Assembly (NCBI RefSeq): GCF_004010195.1
Contig: NC_057728.1
Location: 40,652,346 to 40,716,345, forward strand
Length of the DNA: 64,000 nucleotides
Direction: 5' to 3'
DNA from: Chiloscyllium plagiosum
Taxonomy: Eukaryota
Every line of letters begins with the position of its first letter. The stretch's first letter is position 1. Positions 39,325 through 50,327 of the stretch are shown in pieces. Both the position numbers and the translations under genes were made by a program. A model generated the notes under the pieces. It saw nothing but the letters and a program-made list of their open reading frames with translations, was not told the origin of the DNA and ran no database searches.

Positions 39325-39500
39325 GCATTTATCATTTATCTCTCCACCCTTCAGGCACTCTGACTGTATTCCTGATGAAGGGCTTTTGCCCGAAACGTCG
39401 ATTTTCCTGCTCCTTGGATGCTGTCTGAACTGCTGTGCTTTTCCAGCACCACTTTAATCCAGAATATGGTTTCCAGCATCTGCAGTCATTGTTTTTACCC
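39325..39500 (+). mobile_element. Penelope-like 3' end (family B variant)
   Basis: tctctccacccttcagg...cctgatgaagggcttttgcccgaaacgtcg...ttttccagcacc...ccagcatctgcagtc. Confidence 0.82.
39370..39401 (+). ncRNA. Minimal hammerhead ribozyme, intact core
   Basis: tc-CTGATGA-a-GGGC-tttt-GCCC-GAAA-cg-TC-ga. Predicted cleavage is after C39399, and stem III ACGT is palindromic. Confidence 0.8.
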
Positions 39501-40014
39501 TACCTCCCTTGAACAGGCTGGTGTGACCAGTCAGCTTTCCCTTGTAACAAAGTCAATATTTAACTCCAAGAAAAAATACTGCACATTGATGAAAGATTCT
39601 TATGAGTAGTTGATCATGTCAAGCTTTCACCCCTTACACTGTAAGCATTTGTGCAAAGAAACAGTTAAGGGAGGTGGCACACTAGTGAAGAAGTTTGGAC
39701 TTACCAGAGCTTGGAAGAAGCAGTCTACCACATCAGATGCACAGTTCATGCATGTAATTGGAATTGTGGACACATGTGTTTCCTATTTTTGTCTGACCAT
39801 GAACATACATCCAGCAGGCTGGCAAGTTAATAAGTATTTATGATGTGCTAATGAAAGTAAAACAGGTTCACATCATGAAGTCCTCAATTCAGAGAAATTA
39901 ATGGCAAAACTTCAATCTGCTTGTTTAAAATGGAATTTTTGCATCCCACCCAATTAAGTTTCACCTCTCATTCTTCCAAAGGCTTTGGAAGGCCTAGAAA
40001 ATTCTACTCTTTAT

Positions 40015-41305
40015 GTGACTTGAAACAGTTAAAGGTGGATAAATCCCCAGGACCTGATCAGGTGTACTTGAGAACTCTGTGGGAAGCTAGAGAAGTGATT
40101 GTTGGGCCTCTTGCTGAGATATTTGTATCATCGATAGTCACAAGTGAGGTGTCGGAAGATTGGAGGTTGGCAAACGTGGTGCCACTGTTTAAGAAGGGCA
40201 GTAAAGACGAGCCAGGCAACTATAGACCGGTGAGCCTGACCTCGGTGTTGGGCACATTGTTGGAGGGAATCCTGAGGGACAGGATGTACATGTACTTGGA
40301 AAGGCAAGGACTGATTCGGGATAGTCAACATGGCTTTGTGCATGGGAAATCATGTCTCACAAACTTGATTGAGTTTTTTGAAGAAGTAACAAAGAAGATT
40401 GATGAGGGCAGAGCAGTAGATGTGATCTATATGGACTTCAGTAAGGCGTTCGACAAGGTTCCCCATGGGACACTGGTTAGCAAGGTTAGATCTCATGGAA
40501 TACAGGAAGGACTAGCCATTTGGATACAGAACTGGCTCAAAGNNNNNNNNNNNNNNNNNNNNNNNNNNNNNNNNNNNNNNNNNNNNNNNNNNNNNNNNNN
40601 NNNNNNNNNNNNNNNNNNNNNNNNNNNNNNNNNNNNNNNNNNNNNNNNNNNNNNNNNNNNNNNNNNNNNNNNNNNNNNNNNNNNNNNNNNNNNNNNNNNN
40701 NNNNNNNNNNNNNNNNNNNNNNNNNNNNNNNNNNNNNNNNNNNNNNNNNNNNNNNNNNNNNNNNNNNNNNNNNNNNNNNNNNNNNNNNNNNNNNNNNNNN
40801 NNNNNNNNNNNNNNNNNNNNNNNNNNNNNNNNNNNNNNNNNNNNNNNNNNNNNNNNNNNNNNNNNNNNNNNNNNNNNNNNNNNNNNNNNNNNNNNNNNNN
40901 NNNNNNNNNNNNNNNNNNCTGAGGGGTGACCTTATAGAGGTTTACAAAATTATGAGGGGCATGGATAGGATAAATAGACAAAGTATTTTCCCTGGGGTCG
41001 GGGAGTCCAGAACTAGAGGGCATAGGTTTAGGGTGAGAGGGGAAAGATATAAAAGAGACCTAAGGGGCAACCTTTTCACGCAAAGGGTGGTACGTGTATG
41101 GAATGAGCTGCCAGAGGATGTGGTGGAGGCTGGTACAATTGCAACATTTAAAATGCATTTGGATGGGTATATGAATAGGAAGGTTTTGGAGGGATATGGG
41201 CCGGGTGCTGGCAGGTGGGACTAGATTGGGTTGGGATATCTGGTCGGTATGGACGGGTTGGACCGAAGCGTCTGTTTCCATGCTGTACATCTCTATGACT
41301 CTATG
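40015..41305 (+). mobile_element. Young HER1-like CR1 LINE (RT N-terminal part and 3' end), spanning the assembly gap
   Basis: Open frame KSPGPD...WRLANVVPLFKKG...NYRPVSLTS...QHGF..GKSCLTNL...DFSKAFDKVPH. After the gap: LRGDLIEVYKIMRG...RTRGH and tail ctctatgactctatg. Confidence 0.95.
40543..40918. other. Assembly gap (376 N)
   Basis: Run of n. Confidence 1.
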
Positions 41306-41951
41306 TATAATTTTCACAATTTCGGATTGACCCTAATTTAACCATTTAAGAGATGAATAAGCAACATCTTTACAAGATATCCCATGTATCCCAAAGATTC
41401 TTGAATGAAAATTGACTTCTATTAATCCATTATTAGAAATGACATTATATGCTGTAATAGTGTAGGGCAATTATTAAATCTGTAAAAAGATGCAACTGAG
41501 TCTTCAGTTGGAATTATATTTTATCAGCATAATGGCAATGCTAATATTAAGCTTCACGCATGAACTTCGACAGGGAAATTAAACTTGAAAAGTTGGTATT
41601 ATGATTTCAGAGCGTACAGCAAAACTTTGCATCCACACTGTCTGAAAATGACAAATTATATGACAAATCAAAGTAGACAACACTTATTCGGTTTTTTTCC
41701 ACAAATGAAAATGGGTCAAATAAAGAAAAAAACTAAGTTTGCTGACAAGATCATTCCAGTGAACAATTTAAGCATCTTTAACAGCCTTGTTATTACATTT
41801 CCAGTGACACTCAAAACTTTAATTACAGGATTAGTTAAATCAGTTGGCATGCTTTGCACCATATAAAAACAGAATAATATGGTTCATTAGAAAGCGAATA
41901 GTACTTCATCTACCATGCGATATTGTATGTAAAAAAGAATAAGAAATGTTT

Positions 41952-42078
41952 CAGTTGTATTCATGTTGCAGTTGTATTCATGTTGCAGTTGTATTCATGT
42001 TGCAGTTGTATTTCATGTTGCAGTTGTATTCATGTTGCAGTTGTATTTCATGTTGCAGTTGTATTTCATGATGCAGTT
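41952..42078. repeat. Minisatellite, 7 units of 17/18 bp: CAGTTGTAT(T)TCATGTTG
   Basis: Unit lengths counted directly: 17, 17, 17, 18, 17, 18, 18, plus a partial unit. Confidence 0.95.
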
Positions 42079-42445
42079 TGGGGTTGTTTTCATTGGAGAA
42101 AAGAAGGTTTAGGGGTGACTTGATAGAGGTGTACAAGATGATTAGGGGTTTAGATAGGGTTGACCATGAGAACCTTTTTCCACGTATGGAGTCAGCTATT
42201 ACGAGGGGGCATAGCTTTAAATTAAGGGGTGGTAGGTATAGGACAGATGTTAGGGGTAGATTCTTTACTCGGCGAGTTGTGAGTTCATGAAATGAAATGT
42301 CCCTCTTTATGAGCATTTAAACGGGCATTGGATAGGCATATGGAGGATAGTGGGCTAGTGTAGGTTAGGTGGGCTTGGATCGGCGCAACATCGAGGGCCA
42401 AAGGCCCTGTACTGCGCTGTATTTTTCTATGTTCTATGTTCTATG
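42078..42445 (+). mobile_element. CR1 LINE 3' fragment with (TTCTATG)n tail
   Basis: ORF 42078..42290 reads GLFSLEKRRFRGDLIEVYKMIRG...ITRGHSFKL; tail ttctatgttctatgttctatg. Confidence 0.93.
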
Positions 42446-44699
42446 AAATGTTTGCATGGACATACGTAATTATTTCAGGATAAAACATATGCAATATTTA
42501 AATTAAATTGAATAAAATCATTGCAAAGAATTCTGATCATAGTTAAGGACATTGAGAAAACAAGTGGGTATCTGAATCAGCAGCTTGTCAGTTGGCACTA
42601 TGTGTTGTCCAGGGATGTTGTGCCTGATGTTGTTACTAAAGAAAACCCAGTCTGATTGCACCCCAGCTTTGAAGACTTTCTTAATAATGAGGTACAGATG
42701 GCAACCTTTATTTTGTGAAACTGTTCTCTCGGCTGTAATACAATGCAGTGAAAGTCATCCAGAATAGTAAGAGAAATTGAGCAAAACTAATTGAAGTGGC
42801 TTGAAAAATCTGCTGTGAGATTAATTGTTTCAGTGTAGAAGCGCTCTTAATGTTTAAAAGATAAAGCATCCTATATAGAACAGGAAAGAAGTGTACAGAA
42901 AACTACAGGATACTGCTGAATTTGCATTTTTTTGAAATATGAAACAATGAATTTATTGTCACATATATGTAGGAAGGTACGGTGAAAAGTGTTTTGTCGT
43001 CACAATCTGGCACCATTTTGAGGTACAAAAATAATAAATAGAAATTACTTAAATTGAGTCCATCTTCTGTTCAAATTGAGTCGGAAGCACGGCTCCAGAG
43101 CTTCTGCAAGGTCTCTGTAAGATGTTCAGGGCCTCAAGGAGTCCCTGCTCTGGGTACAGTAACAATGATATCAATGCCCCAGGAGATTCTGACTCCGCTG
43201 CTGCTGGCAGCTCACTGGCACTGCCAATAATGCAAACTCTGGGCCTACCACAGACAGGAGTTCCCACTCTGTGCACCATCACAACTGCAACTCACACCTG
43301 ACCACCGCCACCAAGAGTCCAGGCTCCAGGCCTACCACAGCAAGGAATCTCTGCTCCAGCCACCACCATGAATGTGGACTCCAAACCTACCAAAGTTACC
43401 ACTCTGGGCACTGCCACTGCTGCCAGAAGCCCCAAACTGCACCAGCCTTGAAAATGATTAATGAAAACAAAATGAAAATAGACAAAAAGGAGAAAGAGAA
43501 AAGGATGCCACTGGCCTGGAGCAGACAGGCTCAGGACCTGAACACTACCTACTGTGCTGGTGCTGCCATCTTGAAAAATAATGTCATTTTATTAAGTTGT
43601 TGGAAATATCCTGTATGTTTAGAAGCTGAATGTACATTGCATAGATATGTGAGAAATTGCCTAATCAGGTAATACAGTGTGCCATCTGTTGGTGCCCCAA
43701 ATTGACATTATAGTTGCTAGCAAATAACTAAAGTACATTTTTCACCGACAAGGTAGATTCTTGTTGTGGCTACATTAAAAATTCAGAAGTCTCACTTACG
43801 CTGCTTCTTCTCTAACCACGAAAGCCACTTGGCAATCAGGCAGCGGTGAGGCGCACTGGAAGGCCACCCCGGGAATCCAGACTCTGGGACTGGGAATCTC
43901 ACCAAGTAAGAGCTGGCAGCCAATCAGAGGCAGACCACTCTTCTGCTCAGCACAGCTTGGCACTGAGGAGGTCACAGCTGCTAGCAGAAAGGCCACTGCC
44001 AGTCTCCCCTTCCCAAATCCTGCAATCACATGGAGGATCGACAACATTAATGAGCAGTGGAGATGAGAGTTGGTGGAGTGGGGTTCATAACAAAATGGTG
44101 GTGTTGGGATGGGATGGTGGGAAGGGACCAGAACATGGGCCAGGAAGATGGCTTTCATCGGAACCACCACTTCCTGATATCCTAACCCTCAGTCAGTCAC
44201 TAATCGTCTTTGATCCAGGTAGCCCAGCCCCTAAAGGTGACAACAGGCATGCTCAGTTTTCCCTGTTGTGTATATCACTTGGCAACATAACCTTCTACCT
44301 GGTTACCACCTTCTTCCGGTTGGTAATGGGGAGGGAAGGTCGGCAATGGGCCTTCTCACCCAGAACCTGCTCCTGTCAAAGGTAGGAAGACATGGGATTC
44401 AGGTAGCCAGCACCCTGCCCAATCAAACACTTCTCTTCCCCTCAAAGCCCATCAGCAGAGAGAGCAAAATAACCTATGTGTATTCAGAATGGTTAGTAAC
44501 TGGTTGTTGGACAAGATCATTCTGAGCTCAACTTGTGCTGTGAATAATAGTCCCCTTCTCCACTGTTGTTTAATGATAATTCAGCAGTGTAATTCCTGAC
44601 ATTTCATGATGTTAGATTTATTAGTATGTAGTACACATTCTATTAGACCATTTGGGTGAAAATAGTGAGATGATAATGTAATATAGGTCACTCTCCACT

Positions 44700-45350
44700 T
44701 AGCACATGGGTACTGAAATAGTTTTCCACTCAAGAGTGATCTATTGCCAACACTATCTATTCCAGAATGCTGAGTAATCGTAGGCATCATTTCAATGAAT
44801 GCCAGACTTGTTGTGTTGTCAAGCCTTTGAACAATGAGAAATTAGAGAAATAATCTGTCAAAATGATATAATATTTCCCACAATCTGTGAAAACGTCTGA
44901 TACTATTTTCAGTCCAAGGAATGAATGGAACGTTATATTGGTGTACAGGTCCCCTTCACTGCTGGGGTTGGTGTGTTTGACATGTGTCCCATTCAATTCA
45001 TGAGTTTTTGAATAATGTGATTCATACCTGACCAGTACACAAATTCACTTATTAGTCTTCTTGTGTGCTCAGTATGCATGTGTCCTTGAGTAACATGGTC
45101 ATTATATCTTCGCATATTGCTTTCAGATTTAGGACTTGTTTGATCTTGAAAATGACTAGCCATGATCTACCAAGTTAGCCTCCTGATGGCCAAAATGAAT
45201 GAACTCATCTTTAGCAATTGCTAATTGCAACTTCTGTATTCACACTGCCTCTGATCAATGTGTGATAGATCAACTTTAATAATATCTTCAACTTTGACTG
45301 ATTTGCTTGTGTAGTCTGTAGACTGTTCCACCAGCATGAATCTCATTCAG
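44700..45350 (-). mobile_element. Gypsy LTR-retrotransposon integrase remnant
   Basis: The antisense of about 45010-45095 reads TQGHMHTEHTRRLISEFVYWSGMNHII (integrase zinc-binding region). ORF 44787..44996 reads KIVSDVFTDCGKYYIILTDYFSNF (integrase core start). Confidence 0.75.
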
Positions 45351-45714
45351 TATGACAATACCTAAAGATGCACATATTGATCGCGCTGCCAAAAATATCA
45401 GATAGAAGATTTCACAAAGCCAAGATAAGCTTGTGTATTCACACTGCAGTTCAAAATTCAAAATCTAAAATAAAATGAGATTAAAATACATACAAATCAT
45501 ACACCTAACATCACACTAGCTCCAAAGAAGAATGAAAATTCATCGTTAAGAGGCATTTTCAATATTCATGAAAATTATCTGAACACTACTCTGATGTCAC
45601 ACTAACAGTAATAGTATAGTGCCATTCAACATAGAATGAATTACACGACAACCATATTTTACATAAGTCCATGGACACCACATCACTGTGCCCTTCAAAT
45701 GTGGTCATAATAAA

Positions 45715-46400
45715 GAACTTGCTAAAACATTTTCCTTTCTAGGCACATAAACGTCTTTCAAATTATAGGGTTAGAGAACTAAGCTCCACCAAAACAATCA
45801 TAAATTCTTGTCCTGAATTTTTTCTGAGAAATTCAAAAGACTGTGGTTCATTTAATTAACAATTTCTTACATATTGTTGCTGATGTATATTTCAAAAGGA
45901 TGCAAAGCCACCACAAACTCTACATCTCCTTCACCACCATGGAATATTTTTTCTGACATGTGGTCAGTTTCTTTGAAAAATAACTGATACCCATTCAGTG
46001 CCCATCTCGTCAAAACAGCTGCACACCGATGTCACTGGCATCAACAGCCAGTTTAAATGGCTTTGCATAATTCAGTACATCTAAAATTGGTGCAGTTGTC
46101 AGTACAGCTTTCAAGTCTTGAAAGGCACTTTGACACACTGGCATCCATTCAAATGTTCTGCCTTTCTTCAACAACTTTGTTAAAGGTGCAACAATAATGC
46201 TGAAGTTTGGAACAAACTGGCACTTTATAAACAGGGACAAATAACTATTTTGGAAACTTCCACACATACACACAGAGCAATCTAACTGTATTCACAAAAT
46301 CGTGGAATGTCTTTGAACGTTTTGCCCCATCATTTATTTGCAGAACTCCCAATCCATCTTTTAATGATATTCAGCATTATCTGTTCGCCTTTTTTTGGAA
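45715..46400 (-). mobile_element. Gypsy RT-connection/RNase H remnant
   Basis: ORF 46010..46273 reads FVPNFSIIVAPLTKLLKKGRTFEW...CQSAFQDLKAVLTTAPIL...KPFKLAVDASDIGV. Confidence 0.85.
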
Positions 46401-46627
46401 TCAGCACACATTCCTAATACCATCAGGGAGCTTTCTTGTCTACATTGGGCCCTTCTGGGCAAGTAGCCTGTAGTCTATGTGATTCTGTTATGTCTACAGA
46501 TTTCCAGAGTTTGAGATAATCACACTTTCAGACAAATGCCAGATCTGGCAGTGAATGTATTTCTCACATATCATCATGCGCTGCAGAAGGATACATCCTT
46601 CAATACATTGACTGTACAGGAGTAAAT

Positions 46628-46760
46628 TTTATTCATTCATTGAATATGGGTGTCACTGGCGAGGTCAGCATTTATTGCCCATTCCTAATTGCCCAGTGGG
46701 CAGCTAAGAGTCACCCATGTTGCTGTGTGTCTGGAGTCACATGTAGGCCACACTAGTAAC
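46628..46760 (-). mobile_element. tRNA-SINE 3' part (family of 55818-56180)
   Basis: tattcattcattgaatatgggtgtcactggc...cagcatttattgcccattcctaattgccc...ctggagtcacatgtaggcca. Confidence 0.75.
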
Positions 46761-46868
46761 AATGAAGTAGTCTGAATATACGTGAATATTACTGAGTTTT
46801 GAGAAGATTTGTAGCTCAGGTTGAGGTTCAGGATGTAGATTTGCTCACTGAGCTGGAAGGTTCATTTC

Positions 46869-46906
46869 CAGACATTTCGTCACCATACTAGGTAACATCA
46901 TCAGTG
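46869..46906 (-). ncRNA. Minimal hammerhead ribozyme, intact core (family C)
   Basis: Minus strand reads ca-CTGATGA-t-GTTACC-tagtat-GGTGAC-GAAA-tg-TC-tg. Confidence 0.78.
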
Positions 46907-48310
46907 AGCCTCCTGATGAAGCAATGGTGGTATGGCCCGCTTTTTATTTATGTGTTTAGGTTTCCTTGGGTTGGTGATGTAATTTTGTATGGTGATGCTA
47001 TTTCCTGTGGTGATGTCATTTCAGTTCTTTTTCTCAGGGGGTGGTAAATGGGATCTATGTCAATGTGTTTGTTAATAAAGTTCCAGTTGGAATGCCAAGT
47101 TTCTAGGAATTCTCACACGTGTCTCTGTTTGACTTGTGCTAGGATGGATGTATTGTCCCAGTTGAAGTGGTGTCCATCCTCATCTATATGTGAAGATACA
47201 AGTGAGAATGGATCATGTCTTTTTGTGGCTAGTTGATGTTCATGTATCCTGGTGGCTAGTTTTCTGTCTGTTTGTCTAATATAATGTTTGTTACAGTTCT
47301 TGCAAGGTATTTTGCAAATGATGTGATTTTTGCTTGTTGCCTGTATAGGGTCGTTCAAGTTCATTAGCTGCTATTTTAGTGTGTTGGTGGGTTTGTGGGC
47401 TACCATGATGCCAAGAAGTCTAAGTAGTCTGGCAGTCATTTCCGAGATGTCTTTGATGTAGGGGAGAGTGGCTAGGGTTTCTAGACGTGTTTTGGTGCTT
47501 ATTTGGGTTTGTTGCTGATCAATTGGCAGACAGTGTTAGTTAGGTACCAGTTCTTTTTGAACACACTGTATAGGTGATTCTCCTCTGCTCTGCGTAGTTC
47601 CTCTGTGTTGCAGTGTGTGGTGGCTCATTGAAATAATGATTTAATGCAGCTTTGTTTGTGGGTGTTGGGATGATTGTTTCTATAGTTCAGTATTTGATCA
47701 ATATGTGTTGTTTTCCTGTCGATGCTGGTTTGAAGTTCCCCATTGGCTGTTCGCTCTACTGTGACATCTAGGAATGGCAGGTCGTTGTTGTTTTCCTCCT
47801 CTTTAGTGAATTTTATGTCAGTAAGAATGTTATTGATGGTCTTGAAGGTTTCCTTTAATTTGTTTCATTTAGTGATGACAAAGGTATTATCCACATAGTG
47901 GACCCAAAGTTTGGATTGGATGGTTGGCAGAGCTGTTTGTTCAAGTCTCTGCATTACTACCTCTGCAAAGAACCCTGATATTGGAAATCCCATGGGTTTT
48001 CCATTGGTTTGTCGGTAGATTTTGTTGTCGAAGGTGAAGTGAGTGGTAAGGCATAGGTCCACTAGCGTGACGATGTTGTCTTTGCTGATGACGTTGGTGG
48101 TGTTTGGTGTATGTGTCTTTGGTTCTACTAATAGTGTAGTCGGTATTTCCTTGGTCAGGTTGATGTTGATGGATGTGAACAAGGCTGTTACGTCAAAGGA
48201 GACCATTATTTCATCCTCTTCTATCTTGGTGTCTTTGATGGTCTTCAGGGATTCTTGGGTAGAGTGGATGGAGTGGTGTGAGTCTTCTACTAAGTGCTTC
48301 ATCTGGAGGC

Positions 48311-48350
48311 TCGCTGATGATGTGACCGAGTATGGTGACGAAACGTCTGA
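48311..48350 (+). ncRNA. Minimal hammerhead ribozyme, intact core (family C, inverted arm)
   Basis: tcg-CTGATGA-t-GTGACC-gagtat-GGTGAC-GAAA-cg-TC-tga, with one mismatch in stem II. Confidence 0.75.
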
Positions 48351-48822
48351 AACCGAACCTTCCAGCTCAGCTAGCAAACCTACATCCATATATGACTATC
48401 TACGTGTTATATTGTAATTCCTAAAACTTATTGAAATATTGCAACAAGTTGAGGTAAAAGAGCAACCGTGATGTAGTTGAATGGTTGGATAGGCTTAGAG
48501 GTGAAACAGTCTATTCCTGCTCCTGTTTCCTTTGTTCCTTCTCTCTCACCATGGTTTCCATACCATTCAAGTTTGTGGCAGAGTGTTCACTTTGTCCATC
48601 ACTTCATTACAAACAACATCTTCCACTTTGGCATCCCATAGACAAGTGCCAGTGTTGTGAGTGAGATCAGGTGAAAGGAAAATCAGACAGGGTGTAACCT
48701 GCAAGGCTGACTACTTCTGCCTATTTAACACCATTACCAAAAGTTAAAATCAACTCTTTGTTTTAATCTTCCTTTCCTATCCTTTGTACTCAATGTTGAA
48801 TATTTGAATTTCACGCACATAT

Positions 48823-49132
48823 ATTAGATTAGATTATATTACAGTGTGGAAACAGGCCCTTCGGCCCAACAAGTCCACACCGACCCGCCGAAGCGAAACC
48901 CACCCATACCCCTACATTTACCCCTTACCTAACACTACAGGCAATTTAGTGTGGCCAATTCACCTGACCCTGCACATCTTTTTGGATGGTGGGAGGAAAC
49001 CGGAGCACCCGGAGGAAACCCACGCAGACACGGGGAGAACGTGCAAACTCCACACAGTCAGTCGCCTGAGGCGGGAATTGAACCCGGGTCTCTGGCACTG
49101 TGAGGCAGCAGTGCTAACAACTGTGCCACCGT
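48823..49132 (-). mobile_element. HE1-like V-SINE, young full-length copy
   Basis: Minus-strand head acggtggcacagttgttagcactgctgcctcacag...gggttcaattcccg; CpGs retained; (ATTAG)n tail. Confidence 0.93.
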
Positions 49133-49829
49133 AGTGTGTCACTAATTTTCCGTAAAAGATTTTATTACTAAATCCCACTGCCTATTATGAAGATATTACT
49201 AATCCTAAGAATGATTTGTAAAAGATTTGCTAAAAACAACCTCAAAAATGCAGTTTCCAGACAGACAACCAGGAACTAGGAGCATAAAGAATGATATGGT
49301 CATATGGTATGGTGAACAAATCAACCACAATTTTTTAGATGTAATTAGATACATTTAACGACCTAACCAAATGCTGTAACCTCTGTGAACTGCCAGCACA
49401 CTCGTTATTTGTATGATCTGAACTTTGCCAAAAGGCCTTGATTCACATATCTTTGATGATGCATGCTTCTATAGCTGATCCAGGTAAAATTATAATTCAG
49501 AAATAATTGATAAAGAACACATATATGCCACCACCAAAGTTAAAATTCTGATGAAGATATCCCAGATTTAAAGGCAGCAGCCATTTCTGGTAGCTATCTT
49601 TGGGATTTGTAACATTTATCAGGCTGCATTTCTGCGGTCACTCAGGAATTCCCCCATTTCTGGAACCGCCCCCGATTTGACCCCATCTTGAAATAAGGAT
49701 TACATTTGTCCTCATTATTTCTGAGATAGTGACCTGACAGAGACAAGTTTCACTGTTACCGAGAATGGATAATTGGTCAAGAAACATAGGCTTTTAACTC
49801 TCGGAATGCTGAGATGCCTCAAACTTGGT

Positions 49830-50327
49830 TGGAAACAAAAAAAAACTGCAGATGCTGGAATCCAAACTAGACAGGCAGGAGGCTGGAAGAACACAGCAAG
49901 CCGGGCAGCATTAGGAAGTGATAAAGTCAATGTTTTGGGTATAACCCTTCTTCAGGACTGGGCAGGGGGAGCTGCAGATAAAGGGAGGGGCCGGGTTTGG
50001 GTGGGGGGAGGCCTGGAGTGTTGGGGTAGGGATAGATGAACACAGGGTGGTGGGTACGACCTGTTTGGTCAATGGGAGGAATGAATCCAGTTGGTAGATG
50101 GAAGGAAGGATCAATCGGTGGAATGAAAGGAAGGAGGAAGGGATGGAAAGAGAATCAGGGGATGGGTTGGAAGGTCATTTGAAATTGGAGAACTCAATGT
50201 TGAATCCTCTGGGCTGTAGGCTGCCCAGGTGGAAGATGAGGTGTTGTTCCTCCAACATGCAGTCTGATTTGCAGTGGCAATGGAGGAGGCCGAGGATGGA
50301 CGGAGAGGGAGTGGGAAGGGGAATTTA
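49830..50327 (-). mobile_element. Penelope-like 3' fragment (GIY-YIG C-terminus + pLTR)
   Basis: Antisense reads LEEQHLIFHLGSLQPRGFNIEFSNF. The pLTR has a degenerate hammerhead tcctgaagaagggttatacccaaaacattga. Confidence 0.8.

Larger units (their letters stand above)
46794..48388 (-). mobile_element. 5'-truncated Penelope-like retroelement (RT + GIY-YIG pseudogene) with inverted pLTR
   Basis: ORF 47865..48389 reads MVSFDVTALFTSI...YRQTNGKPMGFPISG...WVHYVDNTF (PLE RT). ORF 47113..47364 reads IICKIPCKNCNKHYIRQTDRKLATRIHEH (GIY-YIG). Inverted 93-bp arms at 46831-46923 and 48295-48387. Confidence 0.93.

Noticed and set aside
39921..41224. 333-aa, 234-aa and 176-aa ORFs as host genes
   Set aside because: Their lengths are inflated by the N gap, and the real residues are CR1 ORF2.
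41952..42078. CRISPR-like array
   Set aside because: Units are contiguous with no unique spacers, there are no cas genes, and the context is a vertebrate genome. It is a minisatellite.
43049..44525. Cluster of overlapping 80-180 aa ORFs
   Set aside because: This is a GC-richer stretch, probably old repeats, with no protein motif or splice structure I can support. The family is unassigned.
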